NCBI RefSeq assembly: GCF_006345805.1
Contig: NC_042998.1
Span: 27,466,001 to 27,530,000, forward strand
DNA: 64,000 nucleotides
Direction: 5' to 3'
Source of the DNA: Octopus sinensis
Taxonomy: Eukaryota
Below are positions 1 to 13,333 of the stretch, in pieces (the first letter of the stretch is position 1; each line of letters starts with the position of its first letter). Under the pieces are notes generated by a model, which made no database searches, was not told the origin of the DNA, and saw only the letters and a list, made by a program, of their open reading frames with translations. Both the position numbers and the translations under genes were made by a program.

Positions 1-178
1 CTTTGCCTTTCCTCCTTTTGGGGGTCGATAAATTAAGTACCAGAGAAACACTGGGGTTGATGTAATCGACTACTCCCCTCCTGCAAAATTTCAGGCCTTG
101 TGGCTATAGTAGAAAAGATTATTAATATTATTATTAATATTATTATTATTGTTATTATTATTATCGTTATTAATATTA

Positions 179-212
<34 letters not shown>

Positions 213-627
213 CATTATTATTATTATTATTATTATCATTATATTATTATATTATTATTAAGGTTGCACGCTGGCAGAATCGTTAGCACAGCAGGTGGCA
301 AAAGGCTTAGCAGTATTTTGTTTGTTTTCATGTTCTGAGTTCTGAGTTCAAATTCCACCTTCAGGGCTCGGAAAAATAAATACCAGTTGAGTAATCAACT
401 CTACAGCTCCTGCCAAAATTTCAAGCCTTCTGCCTATAGTAGAAAGGATTAATATTGCTTAGCAGTGTTTCTCCTGTCGCTGCGTTCTGAGTTCAAATTC
501 CACTGAAGTCGACTTTGCCTTTCCTCCTTTTGGGGGTCGATAAATTAAGTACCAGAGAAACACTGGGGTTGATGTAATCGACTACTCCCCTCCTGCAAAA
601 TTTCAGGCCTTGTGGCTATAGTAGAAA
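1..627 (+). mobile_element. Cluster of three SINE-B copies (tRNA-derived head, tail type 2)
   Basis: Box-B-like gttctgagttcaaattcc, core gtcgactttgcctttc...ggggtcgataaattaagtaccag, tail aaatttcaggccttgtg(c/g)ctatagtagaaa; same sequence recurs more than 15 times in the window. Confidence 0.85.
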
Positions 628-690
628 AGATTATTAATATTATTATTAATATTATTATTATTGTTATTATTATTATCGTTATTAATATTA

Positions 691-724
<34 letters not shown>

Positions 725-775
725 CATTATTATTATTATTATTATTATCATTATATCATTATTATTATTATTATT

Positions 776-808
<33 letters not shown>

Positions 809-920
809 TATTATTATTATACTATTATTATTATTATACTATTATTATTATCATTATTATATATTATTATTATTATTATTATCATTATTACTATTATTAT
901 TATTATTATTATCATATTAC

Positions 921-953
<33 letters not shown>

Positions 954-971
954 ATATTATCATTATTACTA

Positions 972-1007
<36 letters not shown>

Positions 1008-1171
1008 CATTATTACTATATTATTATTATTATTATCATTATTACTATTATTATTATTATTATTATTATATATTATTATTATTACTATTATTATTATCAT
1101 TATTACTATTATTATTATTATTATTATTATTATCATTATTATTATTTTATTATTATTGTTGTTGTTGTTAT
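628..1171. repeat. (ATT)n compound microsatellite growing from a SINE-B tail (shorter copy at 119-260)
   Basis: Direct reading; explains the poly-I/L/Y ORFs in the track. Confidence 0.97.
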
Positions 1172-1841
1172 TAAGGCTGTTAGCTGCCAGAATCATTTGA
1201 CTGCTACACAAAATGCTTGTCTGTTTTTATGTTCTGTTCTGAGTTCAAACCATTCCAGGCTTTGCTTTTTTTTTTACTCCTTCTGATGTAAATATTGATA
1301 AAATAACTATCAGTCAAGTGCTAGAAAAGCAGTTTAATCAGACACATTTCTCACTTATAAATTCAAGCTTTCTACAAAGATTGAAACCATGGTTATGATT
1401 TATAAAGCAGTAGAGTAGCTGTACTTAATTATTTTTCTCCCTCTTTATTCTGAGTTCAAATCCCATTGTGTGTGTGTGATCTAATCTTAAAACTCCAATC
1501 AATGAAGCACTGAACTGGGCCATATAGCTTTAGATCATCCAAAATAAAAACTGACAGTAAATAATAGGTTACCTGTTAGAGGTTTGTTTGTGTATAGGCC
1601 AGAGTGATCATATATGATCAACGGATCAATATCCAGGAGAAGACATAAAAACCGGAACAATAATAACAACAACCTTTCATCTATGCCTGGCTTTGATCTT
1701 CACAAAATTCTTTATCCTTGTATATGGTTATATTACAGATAAGTACAAAATATTATTGTGTTTTGTGTTGATTTTTTTTTTGTTTTTTTTCAAAATCAAT
1801 AACAAACTTGAGCACTGGTGAGACAAAAAAAAATTGTTTAC

Positions 1842-1889
1842 CATAGTCATATTCCTCGGTTCTCGAATGTTTAAAGTATAAATTACAGA
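1842..1889 (-). CDS. Candidate 48-nt internal exon (CNLYFKHSRTEEYDY in phase 1, or SVIYTLNIREPRNMTM in phase 0); gene unknown
   Basis: Minus-strand acceptor ctattgtttag and donor ATG|gtaaac, length divisible by 3, two open frames, non-repeat flanks; no homology recognised. Confidence 0.25.
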
Positions 1890-2127
1890 CTAAACAATAG
1901 ACGTACATCTTGTGTTCTTTTGTTATTTTATTGGTTTCAGTCATTTGATTGCGACCATGCTGGGACGCTAGTGCATCATTGATTACTTTATTTTATGAGC
2001 TTAGTAAGAAGAAAGGCAAAGTTGAGGGGAGTAGGATTTCAGTTCAGAATGTAAAAGAATACAACCAAATACTACCGGATATTTAGTCATGTATTCTACA
2101 AAGTCTGTCATTCTTTATTCATATATA

Positions 2128-2776
2128 TCATCATCATCATCATCATCGTTTAGCGTCCGTTTTCCATGCTAGCATGGGTTGGACGGTTCTACTGGGGTCT
2201 GTGAAGCCAGAAGGCTTCATCAGGCCCAGTCAAATCTGGCAGTGTTTCTACGGCTGGATGCCCTTCCTAACGCCAACCACTCCGTGAGTGTAGTGGGTGC
2301 TTTTTACGTGCCACTCGCACTGGTGCCAGACAGAGCTGGCAAACGGCCACGAACGGATGGTGCTTTTTATGTGCCACCGGAATGAGGGCCAGGCGAGGCT
2401 GGCAACGGACACGAAACGGGGCGGTGCTGGCAACGGTCGCGAAACGGAAAGTTCTCTTACATGCCACCGGCACTGGTAACACATCTGCAATTTCCATTGA
2501 TCGATTTCCATTGATCGATTTCGATTCTGATCGTCACTTGCCTCAACGGGTCTTCACAAGCAGAGTTTTGACATGCCACCGGCACTGGTAGCACATCCGC
2601 AATTTCCATTGATCGATTTCGATTCTGATCCTCACTTGCCTCATCACGTCTTCACAAGTAGAGTTTTGTGTCCCAAGAAGGGAAGGTATGCATACGTAGG
2701 CTGGCTCCATCCCATGTAGAAGGCCACGGGTTATGGACTCACTTGTCCTGCCGGGTCTTCTCGCGCACAGCACACT
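2128..2776 (-). mobile_element. 5'-truncated RTE-clade LINE 3' end (ORF2 end, 3'UTR and (GAT)n tail)
   Basis: Minus strand reads ...AVREKTRQDK* then UTR with ggttggcgttaggaagggcatccagc motif and gatgatgat tail; ORF end matches the RTE C-terminus at about 26.95 kb. Confidence 0.8.
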
Positions 2777-2841
2777 TCATATGTGTGTGTGTGTGTATGT
2801 ATGTATGTGTGTGTGTATGTATGTATGTGTGTGTATATGTA

Positions 2842-2872
<31 letters not shown>

Positions 2873-3244
2873 GTGTATGTATATGTGTATGTGTGTGTAT
2901 GTATATGTATGTTCATTTGCCTGTTATACTTTAGTTAGTTGTGGAGGCGGAGTAAAAGTGAGAGAGAGGTAGGGGGAATGTGAGTAGAGAAGAAAGAAGA
3001 GAGGAGTATAATAATAGACTAAGGCCAAATGCATCATGTGGTTAGTTGAAGGGAGAGGCGAAAAGTGAGAGAAAATGGTGGTGAGAGAAAAGACAGAGAG
3101 AGAGAGAGAAGTGGTAGGGTGGGGATGGAAAGGTAAAGAGAAAGAGATATGTTTAGGATACAATATTTAACAGAGGGTGATGTTCTGGTGGTAAGGTTAA
3201 AGAAAGGCAGATAGAGATAGATGGACAGCAGAGGCTGTGACATT

Positions 3245-3280
<36 letters not shown>

Positions 3281-3924
3281 GCAGATAGCGTTTGTATTGT
3301 GAGAGTAGAGATACATCAACAAGAAAAAGTAGATATAAACAAACAGCTGAACTAACTGAAAAGAAATGAGCTTTGATACTGAAAACTATTGTGACGATGA
3401 TGGTGGTGGTGGTGGTGATAGTGAAAAGTCTTTTTTATTGTTCTAAATCTTTAATATAATTTTTCTACCTGTTTGTTCCGATTTTACACTTTAGTTTGTT
3501 AGACATGAGGAGGTGGTGGAGTGGGAAAGAGGAAGAGAGAATGTGAGAGCGAGTGAGAGATCAGATAACCAGCTGATGCATTATGCTGTCATTCATATGA
3601 TTAGTGGAAGTGAGAGGTGAAGAGAAAGAGAGAAATGTTAAAGACATGAAGAGGGGAATTACATGGTTAAAAAAATTGTTGAAGAGATAGAGAGAAAGAG
3701 AGAAATGTAAAGTGCTTAGCAGAAGGAAATTTTAAAATTGTATAATATATTATTGTGTCTGGAAGTAAAATAACTGAGCAAAATAAAAATGCAAATTATT
3801 CTTTCTTTCTTAAATAGATTCTCTTAATATTTTTTCAGAGATGAGGAATTATGTAAATAATGTAAATAATGTTAATATTTTTTGTTCTGTGGAATTTCCA
3901 TGGGTCCCACTTGTATATTCTTTT

Positions 3925-4300
3925 ATTCTTTTACTTGTTTCAGTTATTTGACTGTGGCCCGAACAAATTGACCTCAGGACTTATTATTTGTAAGCCTAGT
4001 ACTTATTCTATCGGTCTCTTTTGCTGAACCGCTAAGTTACGGAGACATAAACACACCAGCATCGATTGTCAAGTGATGGTGGGGATACAAACACAGACAC
4101 AAATAACAAATACATACATATATTATATACATATATACAACGGGCTTCTTTCAGTTTCCATCTACCAAATCCACTCACAAGGCTTTGGTCAGTCTGAGGC
4201 TATAGTAGAAGACATTTGCTCAAGGTGCTATGCAGTGGGACTGAACCTGGAACCATGTGGTTAGGAAGTAAGTTTCTTACCACATAGCCACTCCTGTGCC
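3925..4300 (-). mobile_element. SINE-A (tRNA-derived), older copy
   Basis: Head ggagtggctatgtggtaag...ggttccaggttcagtccc, core gcaccttgagcaaatgtcttc, tail ...actgaaacaagtaaaaga. Confidence 0.85.
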
Positions 4301-4978
4301 TATGTATATATGTAAATTTATAAAAAAATAAAAATGAGCAAGCTTTAATCACAAATCACAATAAAAGAAAAAGGCTTCAGAGCAGTGATGCTTATCCTGT
4401 GCGCAGATAAAATTTTCATAAATTATAGTGTGGATTACAATACGTTGTCTACCTATGCTTTTTAATTGAACTGAATTAAGCTTTGTGTTTGACTAAAAGA
4501 GGATTAGAAGCCTAAGTAGATGACAGCTAAAAGTAGACTTGATCAATGAGTAAAATTTGCATATTACTAAATAAATTATTATTCAAATAATAATCATGAT
4601 TATGAAAAAGAAAGTGAACAAAAGGAAATACTTATAGAAAATATTGCATAGGATTTGAGAAGTGTTTTCAACATCTTTCAATGATGGCAGGCATATCAAA
4701 TGTATTGTAGTTCATTGTAGGATAAATAATATGACAAACTTGCTTATCAAGAAATTTGTGAGTTGGATTTTTAAAAACATTTTAATTTCTTTTTTAAGTA
4801 TCACCATTATAAGTATCTATACTCTGAAACTCATAAATAAATAAAACCCTTGAATCCATCCTTGTGTACACATGCACACATGCACATCTATGTATTTATG
4901 TATGTATGTACCCAGATGTGTCTACGTGCATAGGTACACCATGATCTATACATATGCAGATAAGGATCAAATCAAATG

Positions 4979-5035
<57 letters not shown>

Positions 5036-5154
5036 CACACACACACGCACATTTACATATGCACACACACACACATATATATATATACGCACACATATAT
5101 ATATATAAATACACACATATATGTGCGTATGTATATAAATCCTTAAAAATGTTT

Positions 5155-5870
5155 TAGCCTGAAGGCCGCGGCCATGCTGGGGCACGGTGGCATGCCATGC
5201 TGAGGTGCCACCTTGAAGAATTTTTAGTTGAATGAATCAACCCCAGTACATTTTTTGTTAAGCCTGGTAGTTATTCTATCAGTCTCTTGTGCTGAACTAC
5301 TAAGTTATGGGGAGGAAAACACACCAACACCGGTTGCCAAATGGTCGTAAGGGACAAACACAGACACAAACGCAGACACACACACATGCATGCGCACACA
5401 CACACACACACACAATGGGCTTCTCTATCCATTTTTGTGTACTAAATCCTCTCACAAAGCCTTAGTCAACCTATGGCTATCGTAGAAAATACTTGCCCAA
5501 GGTGTCATGCAGTGGGACTGAACCCAGAAGCAAACTTTTTACCGCACAGTCTTTTAATCTTGCATTGTAATTTATATCATAAAGCAACAATTCTATCTCC
5601 AACCAATTCCACTTGGAATTGCACTTCAATATCCCATGGATATTGAAGATTCATTTAGCTAAGGTCTTCCATTTGAAACACCTCGACTTTGTCGCTTGTC
5701 AAAAGTGATCAATATGTATGCGATGGGCTTCTTTCTGTTTTTGTCTACCAAATACACTCATAATCCTTTGGTTGGTTCAAGTTTATAGAAGCAACTTGCC
5801 CAAGGTGCCATGCAGTGGGACTGAACCTGGAACCATGTGGTTGGGAAGCAAGCTTCTTACCACACTGCCA
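5155..5870 (-). mobile_element. Two degenerate SINE-A copies (about 5155-5550 and 5720-5870)
   Basis: Similarity to the other SINE-A copies. Confidence 0.75.
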
Positions 5871-6263
5871 AACTTTAGAGTGGGGTTTTTTACTGTGAAA
5901 ACTGAGCCTTCATTTCAGGGTCAGAGCTACAGACCCACAATTTGTCACTTGTGACCATTTCCTAAAAGCTTCTGTCTTCCTCAATGTAACCATGGAATTT
6001 CTGTGTAGCTGAAATGTGATCTTTTTCTTTTTTTTGTTTTGAGATGATTACACTTTACACATCTGCCTCCAAGCATGGCTATAAACGGCAGAAATGAATG
6101 AGAGAGTTGAAGGTCAATGTTGCCAAGTGGCTCCACTCTGCTTTATCTAGCTTTGTTATCACAGTGATGGTCCTGATACCTTTTGATCGGATCTCATATG
6201 CGCACACGCGTGCACATACACACACACATGTCCATATGCGTGTGTTGTATGTGTGTGTGTGTA

Positions 6264-6542
6264 TCTATATCTATCTACCTTCCTATCTATCTATCTAGCT
6301 ACCTACCTATCTACTTACCTATCTACCTACCTAATTATCTACCTAACTACCTACCTAATTATCTACCTACCTATCTATCTATCTACCTACCTATCTATCT
6401 ACCTACCTATCTATCTACCTATCTATCTACCTTTCTATATACCTATCTATCAATCTACCTACACATCTACCTACCTACCTACCTACCTGTCTGTCTATCT
6501 ATCTATCTACCTACCTGTCTGTCTATCTATCTATCTACCTAC

Positions 6543-6589
<47 letters not shown>

Positions 6590-6593
6590 TCTA

Positions 6594-6632
<39 letters not shown>

Positions 6633-6722
6633 GTCTCTCTCTCTCTCTCTCTCTATCTATCTGTGTCTCTATCTATCTATCTACGTCTCTCTCTCTATCT
6701 ACATCTCTCTCCCCCTCTCTCT
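6264..6722. repeat. Compound tetranucleotide microsatellite CTAT/CTAC/CTGT grading into (CT)n
   Basis: Direct reading. Confidence 0.97.
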
Positions 6723-7924
6723 CTATTTATGTATAATGATGATAATTGTTTCTTGTGGAAAAGTAAATTGCTTTTTATTTTAAAAAATTTTATTCTCACT
6801 AACAAGCCAATAATACACTTGTGAGATAGGCAATTTGTAAAAGGTTTAATATGATTCCATCTACTATTTTTTTTGTCTCTCGCAAAATCTATTTAACGCA
6901 TATATTAACAAATGTCATTGATAATTAATTCTTTTAGCCATCTTTTATATATATATATATATAAAATGATTATTAAATGATTTTGCATCAGAAACAAAAC
7001 TGAAAAACAAATAGAAAAATAAATAATTGGTGATAAATATTGATCTAAATTTACTTCGTGACAAGTGAAAATATTGAATTTATCACAAATGAATTTTTGC
7101 TTCCTTTTTTTTTTCTTTATTATTTTTTCTTTATTCCTTTTATAGAAAGTAGATTTTCGGTTTTTACTTATACTGACAATCAGCTTTACTCAGTGCATTT
7201 GACACCAAACATAAACGAATATAGATAAATAACCGATATTACAATATTAGATTTGGCATGGGAACATAAAAATTATTGATTATTTGAAAGGAGATTTTTC
7301 AAGATTCCAGTTGATAATTCTAGATATATATTCACCACCACTTTCAGTAGTAAAATCTTTTTTTTTTTCCTTCCCCTCATTCTGATTACTTTTGCCTTTC
7401 CATCAGCAAAATACGTTCAGACAGATATTTCAAAATCTTTGAAGTTTCTTCAAAGAGCGGTTTCTTGAAGTTTCAATCTGTTATTCATACCTGACATTTC
7501 AGTTTTATTACTGCTATTTCTCCTCCTATTATCACGATTTTTTTCTACTCTTCTTTTTCTCTGCTCTCAATTACATTGACCTTTAGATTTTGTTTTTTTT
7601 CCCCCTCCTTTTGCAGTAATTTTTCTTTTGTGTAGTTTATTATTTAGTTATGTCAATATAGATTTCAGGTCATCAGAATGTGGAACAATGATAAAATAAG
7701 ACTGATAAATATGAATTTCCCTATCAGATAAACTTGTAAATGTTGACACTTCTTCCCTCCTATTTTATTCATACTGGAGATGAAAATAATAAAAACTATG
7801 GTTATTTTTTTGTCAATACAACCACTTGGCATTAATTTACTGCTGCTTTTCATACCAGTCCTAGATCTGAAAAGCTAAATTTGAATCTTAAACTGGTAAA
7901 AGTATACCTTTGTGTTATCTGTAC

Positions 7925-8470
7925 ATCATCATCATCATTGTTTAACGTCTGCTTTCCATGCTTGCATGGCTTGGACGATTTGACTGAGGACTGGCAAACC
8001 AGATGGCTGCACCAGGCTCCAATCTTGATTTAGTAGAGTTTCTAAAGCTGGATGCCCTTCCTAACGCCAAACACTCCGAGAGTGTAGTGGGTGCTTTTAC
8101 GTGCCAGTCAGGCGGTACTGGCAATGATCTCATTCGAATGTTTTTTCACGTACCACCGGCACAAGTGTCAGTAAGGTGACGCTGGTAACGATCACGCTCG
8201 AATGGTGCCTTTTACATGCCACTGGCATGGAAGCCAGTTAGCCACTCTGGCAACGATCACGCTTGAATGGTGCTCTTAGGGCCCCACTAGCACGGATGCC
8301 AGTCATCGAATTTGATTTCGATTTCACTTGCCTCAACAGGTCTTCGCAAGCAGAGTTTAGTGTCCAAGGAAGGAAAGGTACGCATAAGTGGGCTGGTTAC
8401 ACCACTGGCATAGGCCACGAGGTTATGGTCTCAGTTGGCTTGCTGGGTCTTCTCAAGCACAGCATATTTC
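7925..8470 (-). mobile_element. 5'-truncated RTE LINE 3' end with about 60-bp tandem units
   Basis: Minus strand ...KYAVLEKTQQAN* followed by UTR and (GAT)n tail. Confidence 0.8.
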
Positions 8471-8552
8471 CAAAAGTCTTGGTACAGTTTTTTGAAAATG
8501 AATAAATAAAAATAAGGTTTCCTTTCTGTAATGATTAAAATTTAATCAAATA

Positions 8553-9350
8553 GGTGCAGGTGTGGATGTGCGGCAAGAAGTTTGCTTACCAATCACATGG
8601 TACCAGGTTCAGTCCCACTGCATGGTATCTTGGGCAAGTTCTTTTGCTGTAGCCTTGCACCAACCAAAGCTTTGCGAGTGGAAATCGGTACACAGAAACT
8701 GAAAGAAGCTCATAGTATATATGTATACGTATCTGTGTGTATCTTTGTGTCTGTTTTTGATCTCCCCCCCCACTCCACTGCTTCACGATTGGTGCTGGTG
8801 TGCCTACGTCTCTGTAACTTAGCAGTTTGGCAAAAAAGACTGACAGAATAAGTACCTGGTTTAAAAATAAATATCGGGGGTTGATTCATTTGTTGAAAAT
8901 TCTTCTTATAGGCGTAGGAGTGGCTGTGTGGTAAGTAGCTTGCTTATGAACCACATGGTTCTAGGTTCAGTCCCACTGCGTAGCATCTTGGGCAAGTGTC
9001 TTCTGCTATAGCCCCGGGCCGACCAATGCCTTGTGAGTGGATTTGGTAGACGGAAACTGAAAGAAACCCATCGTATATATGTATATGTGTGTACGTTTGT
9101 GTGTCTGTGTTTGCCCCCCCCCCCTAACATTGCTTGAGAACTGATGTTGGTGTTTACGACCCCCGTCACTTAGCAGTTCGGCAAAAGAGACCGATAGAAT
9201 AAGTACTAGGCTTACAAAGAATAAGTCCTGGGGTCGATTTGCTCGACTGAAAGCGGTGCTCCAGCATGGCCACAGTTACATGACTGAAACAAGTAAAAGA
9301 GTAATAAGACAATGCCCCAGTATGGCCACAGTCTAATGACTGAAACAAGT
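8553..9350 (+). mobile_element. Two tandem SINE-A copies (about 8553-8890 and 8910-9305) plus an extra tail
   Basis: Near-consensus head, core and tail in the second copy; duplicated tail at 9311-9350. Confidence 0.88.
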
Positions 9351-10244
9351 GAAAGATAAATAACTTTATTTTTATTTAGAAAGCAGAAAAATATTTGGGG
9401 TTTTTTTTTTTTATTATTAAGATGAATTGTTTTTGTTTTTTTTTTCCTGTTTGTACCATTTAAGTAAAGAAATATGAATGTCTTATTATTCTGGAGAAGG
9501 TTTACAAAAGTGATTTACGCGTCGAAATCATCGTTTAGCTTTCAGAATCAGCAGATATTTTCTATATTAGAAATGCCAGCAAGTTTACCATTTTCGCTAT
9601 GTTTATAAATGTAGAACAAAAGACAAAATTATGAGGAAATTCTCAAGATTTCTTGAGGAAAGATGTTTTCAGAATAGCATTTTGAAACTGAGTCAAGAAT
9701 GAAAGCTATCAAAATAGAATCATTTTGAATGGTCAAAGAGCAATCAACTTTGTCAGCTTAAGGCTATCTAAACTATTCTATTTCATTACATTTTACATAC
9801 AAAATTGGCATATTTCCTTTCATTTCAGTAAAGCTTACTATTTTTACAACATTCATAACCCAGAATTGGTACTAGAGTTGCAAGAAGCCATAGGCTACAC
9901 AATTTTATGATTTATATTTGGAATAGGAAACGGTTAGTTTTGAATGGAAATATGAAAATGCTTCAATATGGATAAAACTCTTTTTATTTTTCATATGAGT
10001 TAATCTCAAAACTCTGTACAGGGCATTATCCTATGTTAGGCATTCATTTCAGTTGTGGTTCAGTTTCTGAAAGCGGCCAAAATTTTCATCAATGTGTTTT
10101 TATTTCACTGCTGGGTTATAGAATAAAGGTTAGGATAATAACCCGTGGAAAGTATTTTTGTTACAGAGGAAACTAAAATATTCACTTTATTTCAAAAATC
10201 CTTAGTCATAAAAAAAAAAGTGTATATTTAGGGGACTATCACCA

Positions 10245-10455
10245 TTTTCTTCTTCTTCTTCTTCTTCTTCTTCTTCTTCTTCTCCCTCTTCTTCTCCTTC
10301 CTCTTCCTCTTCCTCTTCCTCTCCTTCTCCCTCTTCTTCTCCTCCCTCTTCTTCTTCCTCTTCTTCTTCCTCTCCTCCTCCTCCTCCCTCTTCTTCTCCT
10401 TCCTCTTCTTTTTCTTCTTCCTTTTCCTCCTCCTCCTCCTCTTCTTCTTCTTCCA
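10245..10455. repeat. (CTT)/(CCT)n microsatellite
   Basis: Direct reading; gives spurious poly-E/K/R ORFs. Confidence 0.95.
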
Positions 10456-11240
10456 ACTGGCAGAATCATTAGCATGCTGGATGGAATGTTTAGCGATTTC
10501 GCCCATCGCTATGTTCAGAATTCAAATTCCATCGAGGTTGACTTTGTCTTTCATCTCTTCAGGGTTAATAAATTAAGTACTAGTTGCATACTGGGGTTGA
10601 GCAATTGACTGGTTCCCTCCTCCAAATTTCATGCCTTGTGTCTTTAGTAGAAAGGATTATTATTATTATTATTGGTGTATTTACTGCCACTGCTTGTTAC
10701 TATGGCTAGATACATTGGTTGCTCATCCTACTAGAAATAACAGCTAAGTCTCAAATCGCAAAGAGACATTAGATAATATGGTCCTATGTACCTCTAAAAA
10801 GACAGGATGGTCATGACTGAAATGCCTTTTATCATAGGTCTGTTCAATCATTGTTGACCTGTTGTTGAACAACTAATCTGTACTACTTTTTAAAAGTAGC
10901 ATACTTGATAGCAGAAAAGACACACGAGCATAACAGATGCACCCCAATTCCAGCAGCATGTGTTCAGGAATAAATGGTTTTAGGGTATTAAAGCATGTAA
11001 TATAGGCCTAGCTGAAAAAAAGACCAAAAAAAAAAACTGGCAGTAATGTTTGCATGCTGGGCAAGATGCTTAGTGGCATTTTGTCTGTCTTTACATTCTG
11101 AGTTCAAATTCTGCTGAGGTCATCTTTACCTTTCATCCTTTCGGGGTCAGTAAAATAAGTACCAGTTGAGCACCAGGGTTAATATAATTAATTTACCTCC
11201 TCCTCTGAAATTGCTGGTCTTGTGCCAAAATTTGAAACCA
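10456..11240 (+). mobile_element. Two SINE-B copies (about 10456-10660 tail 2; about 11037-11240 tail 3)
   Basis: SINE-B head and core; tails ...gccttgtgtctttagtagaaagg and ...gctggtcttgtgccaaaatttgaaacc. Confidence 0.8.
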
Positions 11241-11438
11241 ATATACGCCTGTCTCTGCATTTAGGACTTGGGGGATTTTTTTTAAGACGATATTTTTTGA
11301 GGAAAAAATGTTCTGTATGCCATCAAATATGTGAAGTAGATTCAACTTGGATACACTGTAATATTGGCAACAAGGTACAAGCCGGAAGGGTATAATACAT
11401 TACTACCAGCCAAGAGGTCGTTATGCAGCATACTCTGT

Positions 11439-11750
11439 GGAGGCACATGGCCTAGTGGTTAGAGCAGCGGACTCGTGGTCGAGGAATCGCGGGTTCGAAT
11501 CTAAGACTGGGCGATGTGTGTATTTATGAGCGAAACGCCTAAGCTCCACGCGACTCCAGCAGAAGGTAATGGCGAACTTCTGCTGATTCTTTCACCACAA
11601 CTTTCTCTCACTCTTTCCTCCTGCATTTTGCGGCTCACCTGCGACGGACCGGTGTCCTGTCCAGGTGGGGAACCTATACGCCAAGGAAACTAGGAAACCG
11701 GCCCTTATAAGCCAGGCATGGCTCAAGAAGGAACAAACAAAACAACAACA
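11439..11750 (+). mobile_element. SINE-D (tRNA-derived head, V-domain-like internal segment)
   Basis: Box A tggcctagtgg, Box B ggttcgaatct, (AAC)n tail; homologues at about 40700-40815, 40929-41235 and 58402-58685. Confidence 0.8.
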
Positions 11751-11947
11751 TGTGGCATACTCTCTCAACATGGTTTAATTCTTGTGTTCTCCTTTGTGTC
11801 AGGATACATAAAAAAAAAAGAAGAAATTCACCATTTAAAAGTATGTTTTACATTTTTATGTTTGTCTTAAATACTTTATCAAATAAAAACTATTCTCAAA
11901 GTCATTCACCAATGCCAGTGCCATGTAAGAGGCATCCAGTACACTCT

Positions 11948-12154
11948 TTAACACTTTTGATACCAAACCCACCTGAAACTGCCTCTGGCCCTGTAGTACA
12001 AATTAAAATCTTCCACCAAACCTTAGTCACAATATATGTTCGTAACACTAGCTTAATGATAACTAAGTTATTTTACTAAATTCTTTGTTACATTTAAAAT
12101 TAAATGAATGAAACACAGAGCATCTCAACAGAAATATGGTAATGAAAGGATTAA
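11948..12154. mobile_element. piggyBac-like MITE, type 1
   Basis: TTAA at both ends, imperfect TIRs ttaacacttttgatacc / ggtaatgaaaggattaa; inserted in an RTE-tail remnant. Confidence 0.7.
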
Positions 12155-13333
12155 ATTGGTTGATATTAGGAGGGGGGACCCAGCTATAGAAACCATACCA
12201 AAACAGACGATTGAACCTCATGCAGCTTGCCAACCTTGCCAGGTCCTGTCAAACCATCCAACATGGAAAAAAAGGACTTTTAATGGAATGAACAGGGTGC
12301 TGTTGATTTTGTTCAATTTCACTATATTTCTGATGCTTATTACATAGTCTGTAGAACTGAAAATCAATTTTGAATCTTGTGATTCTTCAATGCATAAACA
12401 CGAACCCTCAAACATTATAGAATTTGGATCACTGCCATTTGCACATACTTGTTTGTCCCATTTTATCAAATAACAAAACAAAGTATTTTATTACTTCCCA
12501 TTGTTTAGTTCGTTAAAATGTTTAATCTTCAAGTCAACTTGAAACGTAAACTGTATGAATTCCCGATCTACTCAAACACATCCTGGCCATTATTATTATT
12601 TTTTGATAACGTAAACATATTACAAAATATCATTGATTTGTAAAGAGCATTTTGACGCTGTAATATATTTATTCTAGGTCAGCTTGACAAAACTATTTTT
12701 CTCTTTAAAGCTGTCTTTACTGTTACATTACAACTCGTAATTGATGACTAACTAATGGGAATTGCAGATGATTTTCTAAATAGCATATGTCTTTTGTTGT
12801 TTAATTTGCGTCTGAGTAAAATCATATCCTTGAGAGAGATTGATTGGTAACACGTTTGAAACGTTTTATGTCTGTTACCGAAAAAAAAAATACGTAATAA
12901 AAAAAAGTGAAAGCAAATTAAATAAAAAAGAATTATTTGTCAAAATTAAATATCTCAATAATTTTATTTCATTTGTGCTGTGCTGGGTTTGTTATGTATA
13001 TGCTGTATGATTGACATTTGTTATTCAGTGCCAAAAGGGGATTTTTTAAATACATATTTTCCTGTATGCATGGCTGTTTTTATTGTTATTGTAAATCAAT
13101 TTGTTAAACACACATTTTTAGGTTGTTGACATTTTTAAAAATGTCATAATAGGTCAAAGAGATTTAAAAAAAAAAATTGTTGTTCTAGAATTATTTTCTT
13201 CTTGATAAAATTATCACATAATATAAAAAAATATGTCATTTTCGAGTTCCGATATTTTTCTTTATATATTGTTCTGGCATATAAATTTTGTGTCCATAGG
13301 AAGAAAAATTACATTGCCAATATACTAAAAGAA

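Noticed and set aside
612-1286. Long poly-I/L/Y ORFs, and similar ORFs at 6.2-6.8, 24.5-25.3 and 36.7-38.1 kb
   Set aside because: Microsatellite translations
2179-2773. Repeated ORFs such as ...LDALPNANHS...VVGAFYVPP and ...KGPKVPCSGTEP recurring across the window
   Set aside because: They are translations of LINE UTR and SINE sequence, not a gene family
5604-5648. Two adjacent short hairpins (7-8 bp and 10 bp stems)
   Set aside because: Short and AT-rich; plausible by chance without other support
7090-7900. Protein-like frames in unique DNA (also 9.5-9.9, 12.3-12.5, 21.5-21.7, 22.55-22.71, 24.15-24.48, 40.43-40.68 and 42.5-42.9 kb)
   Set aside because: Open frames of 40-80 codons are expected by chance in this much sequence; no recognisable motif or consistent splice phase
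10202-10456. Acidic poly-Glu protein
   Set aside because: (CTT/CCT)n tract abutting a SINE head; all frames are low-complexity
11441-11515. tRNA gene (also about 40935, 58405 and 63155)
   Set aside because: A and B boxes are present, but I found no closing acceptor stem and the sequence continues into repeated SINE bodies
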